From assembly GCA_965112155.1 (NCBI GenBank), contig OZ218099.1: a stretch of 64,000 nt of DNA. One strand, written 5' to 3'. Below the pieces are notes generated by a model. That model made no database searches, was not told the origin of the DNA, and saw only the letters and a program-made list of their open reading frames with translations. Positions 1 to 14,500 of the stretch are shown here, piece after piece; within the stretch, counting starts at the first letter, position 1, and every line of letters begins with the position of its first letter. The position numbers and the translations under genes are program-made. The stretch comes from Podarcis liolepis. Its lineage: Eukaryota.

Positions 1-2361
1 ACTGGCGTGTTTTAATCTCTTTTGCTTACTGTTGATTTTAATTATCTTTTGAGTGTTTTTTAAACCTGTACTTATCTGTTTTTTGTTTTTTACTGATTAT
101 TCTAATGTTTTATTTTTGTAAGCTGTTTAGAGGTTTTAGAGAAGCTAAGAAATATGGCAGTGGGGGGGGGGGGAATACCATAGTGTCTCAAGACAATATG
201 GGAAATAAGTAATGAACAGGCAAGTTACAGTAAGTACACTGTGCCAGACAGAGGGGCAGGCCAGGAGTCTAGTGAACCAAGGAATAATGCAAAAGATGGT
301 TAATAAGTTCCCCAGGGCTGTGGCCCACTGAGAGGTGTGAAGGCAAGTAAACATAAAGGATGACAAGGGGCGGGCCTTTCACCTTGAACAAGAAGGGGTG
401 GGTGAGAGGAGGCATGCCATTTTATATTTCCATATAAGGTCCTACTATGTCAAAGCCAATCCTACGTAGGCCACAATTCTGTGCCAGATTCCACGGGACT
501 GCATTGCTTTCCAAATGTGTTACAGGCATGACTAGAGCTAGCTTTCCTTTAAAATGGAACTCTTTAAGTAGTGTATAATTCCATTCTTAAATCTTCCCTG
601 TTCCCAGAGTTACTTTACAAGGCTTCCTTTGTTGTAGCAAGAAGCTGCATTTGACAAAACTCTACGCTGGCTGGGAGGCCAAGACTGCTTTATGCACAAA
701 AGTCTGTGAAGCTTTTTGTCTGTTTACCATGTTTACCATGTTATTACCACTAAAATATTTACAGATGCTATACCAGCAAAACACGGGTGCATGCATACTT
801 TTCACTGACAATGATTGATATACTACCAAAGTATCTGCAATAAACCTTTTCACCTTTGTGCCTTTATGCATCATGGGATGTTTCATGTGTACGAAATCCC
901 ATGAACTTTGGCTAAAAAGAGAACATGAACCCCAATACATGGGCAGTCCTTCCTATAACATGATTGTATGTTCCTTGAGCTATAAACCGAAATAGTCATT
1001 GTCTTGGAAAAAATCATGTCAGTTCTGAAATACTTTGAAAGGTCACTTGTGAACACCACAACCTTGTAGCTCATCATGGAGCTCTCTTATTTCTGAACAG
1101 TGTCACAAAATTCATTAATAAACCACAGTTTCATCATGATTTATTCGTTTCAGATCTTCTGATCTGGAATCCTTACCCTCAAGTAAATAATGTTAAAATA
1201 TAATTCTCTTAGTTGTGAATGTCCTTAAGTATCTAGATATTAATTTCATACAATTAATGCTCAAAAAACAGCAACACACAACACAAATCATGGTCCTATC
1301 TTGTTATACCTATAAAACAACCATACAGGGAATTGCACCTTTTTTTTTTTTTAGTAACCATTAAACAACAACAAAAACAACAACAACAACAAAGAGAGAT
1401 TCCTACAGATTTACTGGTGTCAATCTGAAAGGGATGAAATAAATGTGGAAAGGATAATGGGTTGGGGGAAAGCCATAAGAACACTTAAAGATGGAAGTAA
1501 CAAGAGTGATACCATGAATGAACGCAGGGGCATTTGGGGAAAAAAATCCAAGCAGAATAGAAGGCATGCAAGATGGAGGAGAGTACCTCTGACCTGTGAC
1601 CTCTGACCTGAATGTAATTTCCTGTTTTTCAATCAAACAGAACTGAGATAAAAAAGACAATATGTATGTCAAGTTTCTCAGATTTTTATAGACACATCTA
1701 ATATGGTTACAAAAGGATTTTAAAAAAATATTCTAAGTGGTCCAACGAGGTTGTGTGCCAGTGGATCTACTTAATTTGGCTAATTTCTGTCTGGTTATTT
1801 CCTTCATCATTTTAAAGAAAAAAAAATCTGTATTTCTCAAGCAAATACACTATATTTTCAAGCATTTCAAAAACCAGGCTGCTTTTTATTATTACATCCT
1901 TGAATGCACAAAGCAGTTTCATCAATCGATATGCAAAACTGGCTCAGAAATTGACAAAAGTGATTTCACTGTGACATTACAAGGCTGTAATAAACCAAAT
2001 AGTGAAGCCAATTCTCAGCAACAGTGCTAGACATGCCTAAGATTCTTGGCCTGTTCTGGAACTGTTGGTTTTTGCATTTGACACTATTTGGGTAATGCTA
2101 AGCTTGTGCAATAAAAAAAATACATTTAAAATTATTCTTTTTTAAAAATCACCTAGCGTATAAAGTAGTTGCGAATCATGCAGCCATTGCTATGTTTCTG
2201 CGGCTCGTTATTTAGCCTATGCCAGAACTATATCCTTCATGCAAATTTCATAGCTGGACATGCTTTTGAAAGGAATCTGAGCCTCAGGTGCTAGGCAGGG
2301 AGTTACGGGGAGACTGTCAAAGGTCAAGCAGGACTCAGAAAGATGAGGAAAGACTACCGAC

Positions 2362-2575
2362 CAGCCATCTGTTTCTCCTTACTCCTTCTCTTTTTCTCCA
2401 GCCGCTTGAGTCTCTTCTCCTCTCGTCTCTTGGCTTCTTCTTCTTCCTGATGCTGACGACACTTATGGAAATTCTCCACCACAACTCCCACAAACATGTT
2501 GAGGACAAAGAAGGCAACAATCAGCAGGAAGGAGATGAAGTAGAGGAGCATCCAAGGGTTATAGTTCATGACTGG
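2362..2575 (-). CDS. CACNA1G: Exon ~25, repeat III S6 and III-IV linker; alternative donors give 193 nt (ends 2383) or 214 nt (ends 2362, adds SKEKQMA)
   Basis: tgtag|CCA GTC ATG...; donors AGG A|gtaagg and GCT G|gtcggt are 21 nt apart and both phase 1; [18 protein letters not shown]...RLEKKRR(SKEKQMA). Confidence 0.95.
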
Positions 2576-5500
2576 CTACAAGGCAGAGAAGAAAGCCATT
2601 AAAATTACAACCTAGGAGGGTACTGGGGACAAGGCTGTATACACGTGCAAAGTAAGATTGGAACATCCTTTGTCCATGAAGATTGTGAGATACGGGGAGG
2701 AGCTGTACCCCTTACAGTTTTGTTTTTTACAAAACTATCTCTTCTATTAACTTAATGCCGAACCACGTACCTGCTGATCCACTCCCACAGCATCCAATCC
2801 ATCATACATGATGTCCACCCACCCATCTTTGGAGGCCAAAACAAACAGAGACATTAAGGCCTAGAAAGGCAAGAGGAAACACAGAATTACATTTAGGCCG
2901 GAAGAAAACAATTCCGTTCATGTGCCCATCTTCTACTCTGGTCTCCTACCTGCTCAAGTTTAAACTTGCATTTTAGCTTGTTATTTTACCTTGTTGATAA
3001 AAATAATGTGCTTTGATGCCGAACATCTCCCGCCTGCGAAAACCTATCAGTGTCAGACACTGGTCCAACAATGAGGGTTAATTCAAAAAATAGAGACAGC
3101 CAGCTCCATTTTCACCCTACAGGCTTCCCTCACTCACTTCTAATTAGTTCCTGCCATGCTGCTAAAGTATGGATGATTTCCAGTGGACCCTGTAAATGAA
3201 TGGAGATGTTAGCAGCCAATGCGGCGCCCTTCATATGATGTTGGGAATCAACTGCTTACTATTGACCATATTGACTATAACATGAGTTATAGTCCAGAAA
3301 CATTTGGAGTATATCACTTAGGCAAGCATTAGGTTGTGCTGAGTACAGGGTGTCAAATTTTCTAATATGAGGCTTTTTGATAGACATATGTAGTCTGATG
3401 TGTAATGGTCCAAGAAGGTGCGAGCCCTTGTCTTAATTCAGAAAGGAACTTGTGCAGACTTACGGACGCTAAAATGGGGGATTTTAAGTGCACATTTTGC
3501 ATCTAGGAAATGTGTCATTTGCCACGGTATCTGCAAAATCGGCAAGAACACTTAGAATCAGGGAAATAAAGGAGCAAAGAAGCAGATTACCATTCCATTA
3601 ATACCTGGCCGAGATTATCAAAATTATACTTGTGCCGGACCCATTTGTAGCTGGCTTCTGCACAGTCCGACCTGTTGGTAATGTTCCTTGTGTCTTCCCC
3701 TTGGCAGACAAAAAACTTCCCTTTGAACAACTGTGAAAACCAAGAGATGGCAAAATAATTAGCAAATGTGACTTTACAATGCCCGGTCACTGAGATATGT
3801 CTGGAGGCTTTTGTCTGGGTGCCCCCAACTTCAGACACTTGGCATGTGGTCATCAGGGACAGGTCTTACCTGCCCCATTTAAGCCCTGAGGTCTGGCACC
3901 AGGCCCCCAATGTTTTATTAACACCATCTTTTAGTGAATGGTGCTTTGGTCCTGCTGTTTTTATTTATTTTTATTTGCTGTTTTAATTGATTTAATTGGT
4001 TTTCCTTCTATTTGTGAGCTGCCTTCTGAATAATTAAAAGCTGGGACATTTAAATAAAAACCAACAAAAAGGCCCCCAAATCACCACCCAGGGAGCAGCA
4101 GATAATGGAGCCAGCTCCAAACAGGCCTGACATCTGCATCTGTGCTGGCATGGACATGCCAGGGAACACCAGGGCTGATGCTAGTCACTACAGCATCCTT
4201 CCTTCTTATTTTTAACAAAATATTTTATAGTTAGGAGGTGGCAAGTCAAGCATGTACTTGGTTACAGATGTTCGTTTTATTACTCATTCCTTAAAGATAT
4301 ATTATCCTTTTCTAGAAGAAACGATGCTTTCCCCCAAGTAAATGTGTTTAGCATGAAGCAGCAAAAGCAAACCCCATTTTATTTCTGTAGCCATGATGGT
4401 ACCATAAAAATGCAAAACTGCACAAGTTCAGAGTATTTCTTTTACCAGGGCTAGCAAACAGGTTTTTCTTTGACTTTGCTCTAACATATTAGCAATGGAA
4501 AAGCAGTTACAAAGCATGGAATTGCCGTGGTGAGAAGAGAAATGTCAACTGTGTCCTTCACAACTAAATTAATACATATGACCAGCGCCCTATAAGACTG
4601 TGAAGTCCAGGGTCTAGAGTTACTTAACGGTCATCACTGACCACTGCATGCTGCAGGAAGAAGTCATCAGGATACAAGTGAAAATGTCTCCACAATAGCA
4701 TTCAAAGTTTTAGGAACTGATAGAGGAAAAAGCTGATTATTTAGCATGATTTTTAAGAGTTGGCTTGATGGACTTGGAAGGAACAAGCCACCAAATCTTC
4801 TTCTTCAAGGGTACTTGGTTGATGGTAGACTAACTCATGATTTATGCCCATACACAAAATATTGTACCACGTCCAGTTTTAGCAAGAATATCTTACTCTC
4901 TTTGACAGGGACTATACAACCCGAACAACCTGGATGGTGCAAACAATGCTGCAAATAACTGCCAGTGGTACCCACACTTTTTATTTGTTTATTATAAATA
5001 TTTCTCTCCCATATTTCCACGAGTCATGCCCAAGGCTAATTTTTGCTACAGATGTGGCTCACTGCAGTTCGGCCCCAATGTACAGGAAGCCTGTAGTATA
5101 CACAAGCTCATAAACAATTGCCCCCAATCCAGTGAAGATTAAGAGCCATGTGTAATTGGAAGCTTCCACATGAGTGGCTGCTCCTAACTGGAAAGAAATT
5201 TCGCCTTTCCAATGCATGCTGTACATAATTACCTGGGATCATCCAGCAGTCGGGGCCCTATAAATATCCAAGTAGCACTATAATGTAATTGTGCTGAGCA
5301 TGTTTTCAGGAGATGGAGGTGGCTAGAGTTGGTCTCCTGTCAATCTGCCTCCCCACCGAACAGAATGCCACAACTGTACCTTCTTTTGCAAGGCACAACC
5401 CTGGTGTCTGTGTATGTCTACTGCTAAATCCGGCCCTGGCTATCATTTCCTCACAGTTCTGACAACTTCTGAATAGCTGCTTGGAAATACATTTCCTACC

Positions 5501-8500
5501 TTGGATTATTATTTAGGTTACAAGACAGTATTTTCTTGCTTTTATCCAGTACCAGGGTCCATTTACCCTGCTGACTTCACAGTTATGCCCTTTCATGCTC
5601 CTGAAATCACCTTGGGTCTACACATGCATTTGATCAGACAAAGACATTATTCAGACTACTAGAGGGAGGACTTTTGCACAGACCTTTGCTAGTTAAATCA
5701 TATACATGGATAAAGAAATCAGCTCCTTTTCTAGACCCCAGTTGATTCTATACCTCTGCCTGTAAGTAGAATGAAGGAAAGGCCTCCCATCATTACATTT
5801 ATTCATTAAATCTGTATCCTGCCCTTCCTCCCAAAGGAGTCCAACATTTTCTGTGAGATCTCACTCACTCTGTCTAGGACTGCCAGATTTAATAAGGGAC
5901 AGGTGTTCCACATCTCTTAAAGTGACAGAAGAATTTTGAAAGGTGCAGCTTCTCCTGCTTGTGCAGTTACACTGGTCGAAATTCTGTGGTGCACACTGTA
6001 TTGTGAATCTGGTGACCCCGAGGCATTGACTTCAACAGTGTCAGATACAATTACCAGCAGGGTGAAAGGTATCGAAACCCCAGATGATTAATATTGTCGC
6101 TTTCTCAATGGCAAACAGGAAGCGGCAGAACGTGACAGCTACTATGATGGATGCCAGTGCAGCAGCCTGCATCAGGCTAGGTTGAGACATTTGCACTATT
6201 TTATTGAGTGACAAAAGTTATTGGCATTATCATGCTTTGCTTCCCTATGGCAAGGTTCGTTTCCCACTGGACTCTTTAAACATCACCTCTTTATTTGAAC
6301 TCGAAAAGAGATGCCAAGTGTTTAGGGCTCTGTTTGAGCAAGCCAAACAATAGAGATCAATGCAAACCCATATATTTCATAGGTGGTGACATTTAATCTT
6401 TTTTTTTTTAACCTAAGAGTACTATACTTGGGGGGTAGAAGTGTTGAAAAGCACAACACTGGATGCATACCAAAGGTTGATGATTTCCCCCAACACAGCA
6501 TTTTCTGAAAGGCTTAGGGACTAGGGGATCAAGCTACACCCTGTACTTTCCATTATTATATTTCATCACCTCTGTCTCCATGACAGGTTAGTTACTAGTG
6601 CCTACTCTACAGCAGTTGAAGCAAATATTGGGAACTGCAGGAAGCAAATATGGGGCATTGAAACCAGCACATTAGGGAAGAGATCAAAACAAGATTACTA
6701 AATCAGATTTCGGTATCTGGAAAGTGGGAGAGTGAAGAGATAAAACTTTAGGTAAATGCTCAGGATGACTTCCAAAAAAATAATGAGACGTTTTATAGTT
6801 ATAGTGATATAATACAAATTCCAACCTATACATCAAGGCATAGCTCTATAAAGAAAATATGAAGAGAACAAATGGGACCACTGGATATTACTAAGCCATT
6901 ATAAAATGTGCAATTGATTAAGAAACAAATCACTTGCAATACTACATTAAAGCTGCTAAATGTATCTTGGAGAGCTTACCACGCATGTACATGCAACAGG
7001 GAGCTTACAGGCAAGGGAAACAGAACCTCAGGCCCAGGGACCAAATGTGGGCTCTGTTTGGACCTTGGGGTTCCCCCCAACCCATGCACCCCCCGTCACC
7101 AGTCTCATCATGGAGTGTTTCTGCCTGTCTAGAATGAACCCTTGGACTCTGACTCTGCCTCTTGGCTGGATGGAGGACACAGACTAGACAAGAGGCAAAA
7201 TTCACATGTATTGTTCTGCACACTTTGTCTCTGCCCATTGGCATGTGGGCCCCTGGAAGGTTGCGCAGAAGGGAATGCAAGCCCTCAGGCTCTGAAAAGG
7301 GTAACAACCGTCCATTATAGGCTACCAGCCCCCTCCCTCCAAATGTGCTACCGTGATGCTGAAAACACACTTTGGCTTAATGAAACTCACAGCGGAATGC
7401 ACAAAAAGTGTACATTTCCTACAAAAGAGATACAAAACGGTTTTGCAGCTAAAATCAAGTATTTTGACTGCATTTCTAGAAAAAAGTAATTTGTGAAGCA
7501 GCTATGAAACATATGGACTTATTATTTGTTCTATAAGCACCTGTTGAATCTTGCACCTTTCCAGAGGCATATATGGTTGTGAGAGTCTGTGTATAGGAAA
7601 GTCTCCTATTCCATGCAGTGAATTTGATCACATGGACCATCTAGTCTATTCTACTTTCAGTGAATCCTGTGCAAAGCCTACCTGGACTCCCAAGATGCCA
7701 AAAATGATGAAGAAAGCACAGCAGATGACAACAATGTTTCCAATGGGTTTTAGGGATGACATCAGGGTTTCCACCACCAGCTTCAGCCCTTGTGCCCGGC
7801 TAATGACCCTGAAAGACAAAACTAGCATGTTAATAGCATCCTAACAACATATCTTTCTTCATTCAAAGGGAGTGGGGAAAAGGCAAGTTGAAGTAGCAAC
7901 TAGCTCAAATACAGGAACTTCAAAGAAATAAAGTGACTCCAATCTGAAAAGGTAAAATGGAACTGAAAATGTGCATTTGGGAGAGCACTTGTGTGAATTA
8001 CAGGATTTTTGTGCTTTTACACAATGCACTTATCCCATAGAGATGTAAACACAGCAGCATAAATGGGACATCTGAATAGTATTGTTCATTTTACAATGAC
8101 CAATTTGTGGCATTTCACCTTAAAACATCTACAGTGGTGCCCCGCAAGACGAATGCCTCGCAAGACGAAAAACTCGCTAGACGAAAGGGTTTTGCGTTTT
8201 TTGAGTCGTTCCGCAAGACGAATTTCCCTATGGGCTTGCTTCGCAAGACGAAATGTCTTGCGAGTTCTTGCGAGTTTGTTTCCTTTTTCTTAAAGCCGCT
8301 AAGCCGTTAATAGCCGCCAAGCCGTTAATAGCCGCTAAGCCGCTAATAGCCGTGCTTTGCAAGACGAAAAAACCGCAAGACGAAGAGACTCGCGGAACGG
8401 ATTAATTTCGTCTTGCGAGGCACCACTGTATGTATTTTTGCCATGCTTTCTTCCACACTGCTGTAATAAACCCTGTGCTTTATACGATTGTAATGGCCGC

Positions 8501-11500
8501 TTACCATCTTGCAGGTGAGTGGCGGTTGTGGCCCAATGCGGCACCTCCTTTCTCCCCTCGACATGCAGCACCATTTTAGATTGTTTCCCTGTCCCCTCTG
8601 GCCACTGCAGAAGCTCACAGGTTCCCACCTAATGAGCCAATCCGCAGCGGCCCGGGGAGGGATGGCCATCTACTTAGCCTGGCTGACCACTCAGCACAGC
8701 ATCCAGTTGGCCATGATCATCGCCCACCCTTCCCTTCCCTTCCCTTCATTAATAGTTGATTACTGCTCTAACCATTTCTTTTCAGCTAGCTGAGCTTTGC
8801 TGTAATCTTTTGGCGGTTGCTGTATTCAGCGCTGGGAAGCAATTTCCCCTGCTCAGCAGGTTTCATTTTTCCCATAGCACAACTTTGGCAGTTTAGGCCT
8901 TGGGCGGAATCCTATAGTCTTTCATCCAATTGGGGTGTGGTGAAGTGGTGACTCATCCACCCCCTGTTCCCTGGGGTGGTGTACCCCGTTAGACGGGTCT
9001 AGAGGGAAGTCTCTGTCCAAAGAGCAAAGTGTGTAGGGCTAGCGGGCCATAGAGCTTCCCACAGCGTTTGGGGGCCATTTGCGTAAACCTGCGTTTTGCA
9101 ATGGATCCACCCCCGAATAGACCCTGTCTTGCCTCAGTTCCCGAGCAAGGGGGTGCGGGGCTGAGAGGGATACACGCCCAATGCCTATGCCAAAGCTTCC
9201 TACACCTGAAATCAATAAAGTTGTGGCCGTTTAAATCCCAGGTGGTTGTTGTATCCATTCATTTTCCCACTCAGCAGTTAGGCACACCAGGAGAGTGGAC
9301 TCTGTGGCTGGGCACACAACCAGTCTTCCAAACAGCCATAGAAATGTGAAGCTAGATGTAAAGAAAGAGCTTTGGCTGAATTTGGGTTATCACTGAATAT
9401 GGGGATGCATCTTTGCTACCACAATGATTTAAAAAAAATATATATAACAATGAATGAGATGGGTATTCTGAAGCAACTGACAGCTTAGGATTCTCAGAGT
9501 ACTCATGGGATAATTTTTGAGAGAAAGAAGAAGAGAAGAAGAAGAGTTTGGATTTGATATCCACACCCCGATTGGATGATATCCCGCCTTTCACTCCCTT
9601 TAAGGAGTCTCAAAGCGGATAACATTCTCCTTTCCCTTCCTCCCCCACAACAAACACTCTGTGAGGTGAGTGGGGCTCTGTGAGGTGAGAAAGCTTTCAA
9701 GATGCCTTTAGCTTGACTATTTAAATGCACTGTAATGGAGAAAGGCCATAAGTTATCAAGAGCTGTGACTGCAACATACATTCTTCCCCTTATGGCCCCT
9801 GATGACCAGAACAGTTGACCAAAACTCCAGTTTCTGCAAAAGATGAGGAAAAGTCTATGGTATAATGATGCCAATTAAGGGCATTGGCTTACAGATTCTG
9901 GTTTCAGACAATTGAGCTATTGCCCTGAGATCTTGTGATGAAGGGAGGTATATAAATCTAATAAAAATAAATAAAATATTTATTTGTGTGTATGCTGAAT
10001 TCAGTTGCCTGTGATGTATCCTGTCAACATGTCTTTAATTTTGCTCAATTTTTAAAAATACAGCAGTAGCCTCAGTAGCGCTTCCCTGGAAACCCCATGC
10101 TCCTTGGCTGAGAAATTAAACTGTATCCCGTTTGACCTCACGGGTAACAATCTAAGCTCCTGTAAACAGAGTCTGGCACAGTATAACCCGACATCATTCT
10201 TCAAATGTAGGCCCTTGGACAATGGTTCACTTCTGCAAGAAGTTTGAATGTATGGTTTTAATCTAACTCACTGTCACTTGTGGCCTTATTTCCTGACTGG
10301 GATTTCTGAACATTGCTACCCATTTGGAGAAAATCTCTATGTATTCTGCTCTTCGGCAAAGCTTCAGCAGTTTGTATTTTTTTCTGAATACACTGTTATC
10401 ATTCACATTCTCAAGGTAAAAAGCAAAGATATTTACTTATATTTCTGCTGGTTCCACCAGAAAGGTATCCTTAAATTGATTCAGTGGGGAACTTTTCTCT
10501 TTTTTGAGCCAGCAATAGACAGGGCCAAATCCAGAAGGGGATGGGGCCAAGACTACACACACCAATTAATCTACACAATCCTCCCACTTCACACATCTCT
10601 ACACCAACACACACACACACACACACTCATTTACTCACATCCATTTATCCCCACACTCCCTCCTCTCATACACATCTCTTGCGTTTCCTTTGCTGTGCGT
10701 GTTATGGTCTGTTTCTGCACCACCAGCTTGTCCCTGTCCTCTGTTTCACACAAGCAGCCAAGAAGGAGAAATGGGCTTTGGAAGGAGTGGGGCTGCAGGA
10801 GAGACCAACCAGCTGCATGGGGTGGCCTGGCAGGCCATGCTTGGATTGTGCACCAGAGATTCCCCGCCCCAATTTTAATGGATCCATTTCATTTCTTGCA
10901 GATTCGTAGCATGACACTGTCCCTGAAAAAGTGACAGCACCATTATAAATGCACAGTTGGCTTTATGATTTTCAGGGGCCTTGGGTAAGAGACCATCAGT
11001 AAGCCCTGTTAGGCACTGAGCCATAGAGTGTGGAATTTATAAATGGAGAGCACCCCAGAATAATCAAATCAAATTCCTGGAATAAGTGTCATCCCCACAA
11101 ATTTCTCTGGAGCATAAAAGTGCATTAATACCAAATCAGGCCTTGGCCCATTGGTCTGTAGGACTGCCATATACCTGAGATCTTCTTCACCACATGGAGT
11201 ATATGCTATCCCAGCCCTTCACTCTCCAAAGAGCATGGTGGAATAACATATCTCCACAGGCTTCACCTTCCACATCTGTACAGAGCAACTAAAAGTCAGC
11301 TTATCATTCTCCATGTGGATGACTTCTAATTCTTATAGAACCCCCTCTTTTTTGCTGAAGAAAGAGGTACAAAAGCTTTAAGAAAATAGTTGTCTTTTAT
11401 AAGTAGCTTTAAATTCTATATCCAATGATAACAGCAATTCCCTGTGTTAGGTTTTGTTTTGTTTGTTCATAACACCGTTGCTTAGAATGCTTTTGCTCTT

Positions 11501-14500
11501 GACTTTCCTACCTCCATTCTGTCATATACATTCCAACTTCCCTGAGTTGAAACTCACTCAGGAAGCCTTGATTGGGACTTTGTACAACTACCACACTAAT
11601 CAGTGACCTTCAGTGATGCAGCACCACTCCTGAATACGGCACAAAATTCCATAACTGCGAATTAGAGTATACTGCTGCAATTGGAGAGAGTGAGCAAGCA
11701 ATCGATACGTGAGACAGATGCAAGCAGGAAAACAAAGCAGCTAGAATTACTGCACTGCCTTACCAAGGACAAGTCTTACCAAGGGCAGAACTTTACCAAG
11801 AGAATTAAGAAGAAGCTTGCTTGCCTTATGTTAGCTACCAAGTCCTTAAGCAATGTCCCCCTAAAAAAAATTGACCAAAGCAGCTTGCCATGCTTAACAA
11901 GCTGGGAGTAAAGTCTTAAGAATGGATGTGGACATACAGAGTGAACAGTAGTTAATACAAGTACTCTGTTTTACTATTTAGTGGACACTGCATTTGTAAA
12001 CGAACATAAACTGTCCTTTGTGGGTGTACACTAAAACAAGTGTAGAGTGAATGTTGTAAAAGCATGGCTCTGAAGCCTTGCTGGAAGTTTTAGTGAACAT
12101 TTTTCTTTGGTCTCATTAAGTGCATCCAAGAAGACCCACTTGCCACCCTTGCACAGTCCACCCAATGCATGAAAACCACCTGGACATGAAACAATTAGAA
12201 TATCATATTGTGCTTTCCTTCATTTTCTCCCAAGGCTGCTTCCCATATTTTGAGTGCATTCCAAAAGTGTTCACTGTGAGTGGGGAAAGCTTTCCTGCAG
12301 ACATAGCCTGCCCTTTATCCTCCAAAGCAACCATCCTAGTCCTCAGCTTAGTGTGCTCTGCACAGGCAGCTCCCATCCATGTAGGCAGCTCCACTTTCAA
12401 GATCAGCAATAAACTAGCATTCCTGCCCATTTATTTTAGTTACTTTATACCATGCAGTTCAAAGAAACTTCCCAGGAGCAGATTATAATCAAAACAGAAA
12501 TAAAATAATACCATAGAAAAGAATAACAGGTATACAATAAAAACAAGAACAGAAGCTAAAAGAGCAGGTTACAGAACAGTATAAATACCAAACACTTGAA
12601 ATAAAACCCAGTTAAAATGCCTGGGAGAATAAAAATGATGCCAGTAGGTACCAGGCAAGTTTTTGTTTTTTTCCCTGAAGAGAGAATTCTACAACCAGGG
12701 CACCACCACCAAGCAGACCCTTTTCCTTGTCACCTCCCACTGAATCTGTGATGGCAGGGCCATCCAAAAGTGATGGCCTTTGAAAATGACCTTGACTGAT
12801 AAAGAAGAATAAGATTCATCATGCAACTTGGACCTAAGCCATTAAGGGCTTTAGGAGTTAAGAACTGAACTGAACTCAGAACAAGACAAGGATCCAGTGC
12901 AATTAACGAAGCACTGGCATTTTGTGACCATTGCATCTGGTTCTAGTTAGCAATCTAGCAGCTGTATTTTGAACTAATGGTACTTTCCAAACTCTTTTCA
13001 AAGGCAGCCCCACATATAACACATTACCGAAGTCTAACCTGGAGGTTACCAAAACATGGATGACTGAGGCTCAGCTATCTCTATCCAGAAAGGATCGGAG
13101 TTGGCATGCCAGCTGCATCTGGTAGAAGGCATTCAATGCGACTGTGGTCAACTGTGCCTCCAGTGACAAAGCAGGATCTAGGCGCAACCCATGCATTCCT
13201 CCTATAGTGGGAGTGCCACCCTACCTGGACAAGAGTCACTATCTTTGGAGTAATGGGCAGCATCACACTTGAACACTAGCTTAGAGCTGGGACTGGAAGT
13301 CTCCCCCCCCCCCCATTCTATCCTTAGCTCAAGGATGGGGAAATGGTGGACATCCATATGTTGTAGGACTCCAACTCCTATCATCCCTGACCACTTGCTA
13401 TGTTGGCTAGGACTCATGGGAGTTGAACAACATCCAGAGAACCAAAGGTTTCCCATTCCTGCCTAAATCAGCTAAGTCCACAACTAATTGGTACTCCATA
13501 TATAAAAGCAGCCCTGACCCAGACAATGTTGCAGCAATTGTCCTTAATCCTTCACTAGGGTTCTCTCCCTTTTCCTTCAGGTATTTTACCTTACAAGGCC
13601 CTCCAGGCTGTGCTCTTCCCATTTTCCTTTGTCCTCCCCTTACTGTCCCAGTGGTTGACGGCTGCACTCTCCTTTGCCAGCCCTTTGCTTCCAGGTCTTA
13701 TTAGAGTAGCTCCTGTTGAGGGTCTTCATTTCATGTCTCCCTCTGAGACATCTGCACAATGTCTCCTTCCTCCTCTTCTCATCTTTTTTATATTAAAAAA
13801 ACCCTATTTGTCACACTCACCTCTGATATGCCTACTCATTTTTAGCTGGAGCCAATCATAAGTCAGTCTTCAATCACCAGAGTACTCCTGCTAATAAAAT
13901 TAGTTATGCTTAACACTAGGCGTGATCTGTAGTGTTCTAGTGAACTATTTAAAGCAGGTATGTCCCTAAACGCTGGAAGCAGGAAACTACAACACAGATT
14001 TTATTGCTCGCCACTGCCTCTCACTAAATCCCCGTGTACAATAATAGAAATATCACTTTCCAATCTCCATTATTTTCCCTGAGCAATTAGAACAAGAATT
14101 TACACAGACGACTGCTTTTGCTTTTTGTTAATAATAGAATGTTGTATTCTCTTCATTTTTTTAAAAAAAGGAAGCAGACGGATGATCTTTATATAACTCC
14201 TCCAGCAAATAAACATACCACATACATACACATACAGCGAATGGATTGCTTTCTACAAGCCTAGTCCAGGTAGAGGTTAATATGGATGTGCGTGTGGCCG
14301 TGGTGTGATGGCCACCAAGGATGCGAGCCATGTGTGCCCTGCCACATGGCAAACCTTGTGTAAAGCCTTGGACACATAGTTCCTGGCCAACAAAGCTTGC
14401 ACAACCTCCAAGGCTTTGCTGGCGCGGTTAAAACTGGCTTGAATCACAAGGGCAGCGCTTCACACAAACGACATACCATGTGGAGAAGTGCCCATATGGT

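Noticed and set aside
1-2350. CACNA1G alternative exon 26 (DLMLDDV...-like)
   Set aside because: No matching 54-nt exon found by eye; a donor-like AGG|GTAAGG near 1175 lacks a suitable upstream exon. Probably beyond the window start
10248-10934. 228-aa + strand ORF
   Set aside because: Runs through a CA-rich low-complexity tract; no recognisable domain or exon structure; likely chance
12203-12430. 75-aa minus-strand ORF
   Set aside because: No recognisable homology or clear splice sites; not assignable
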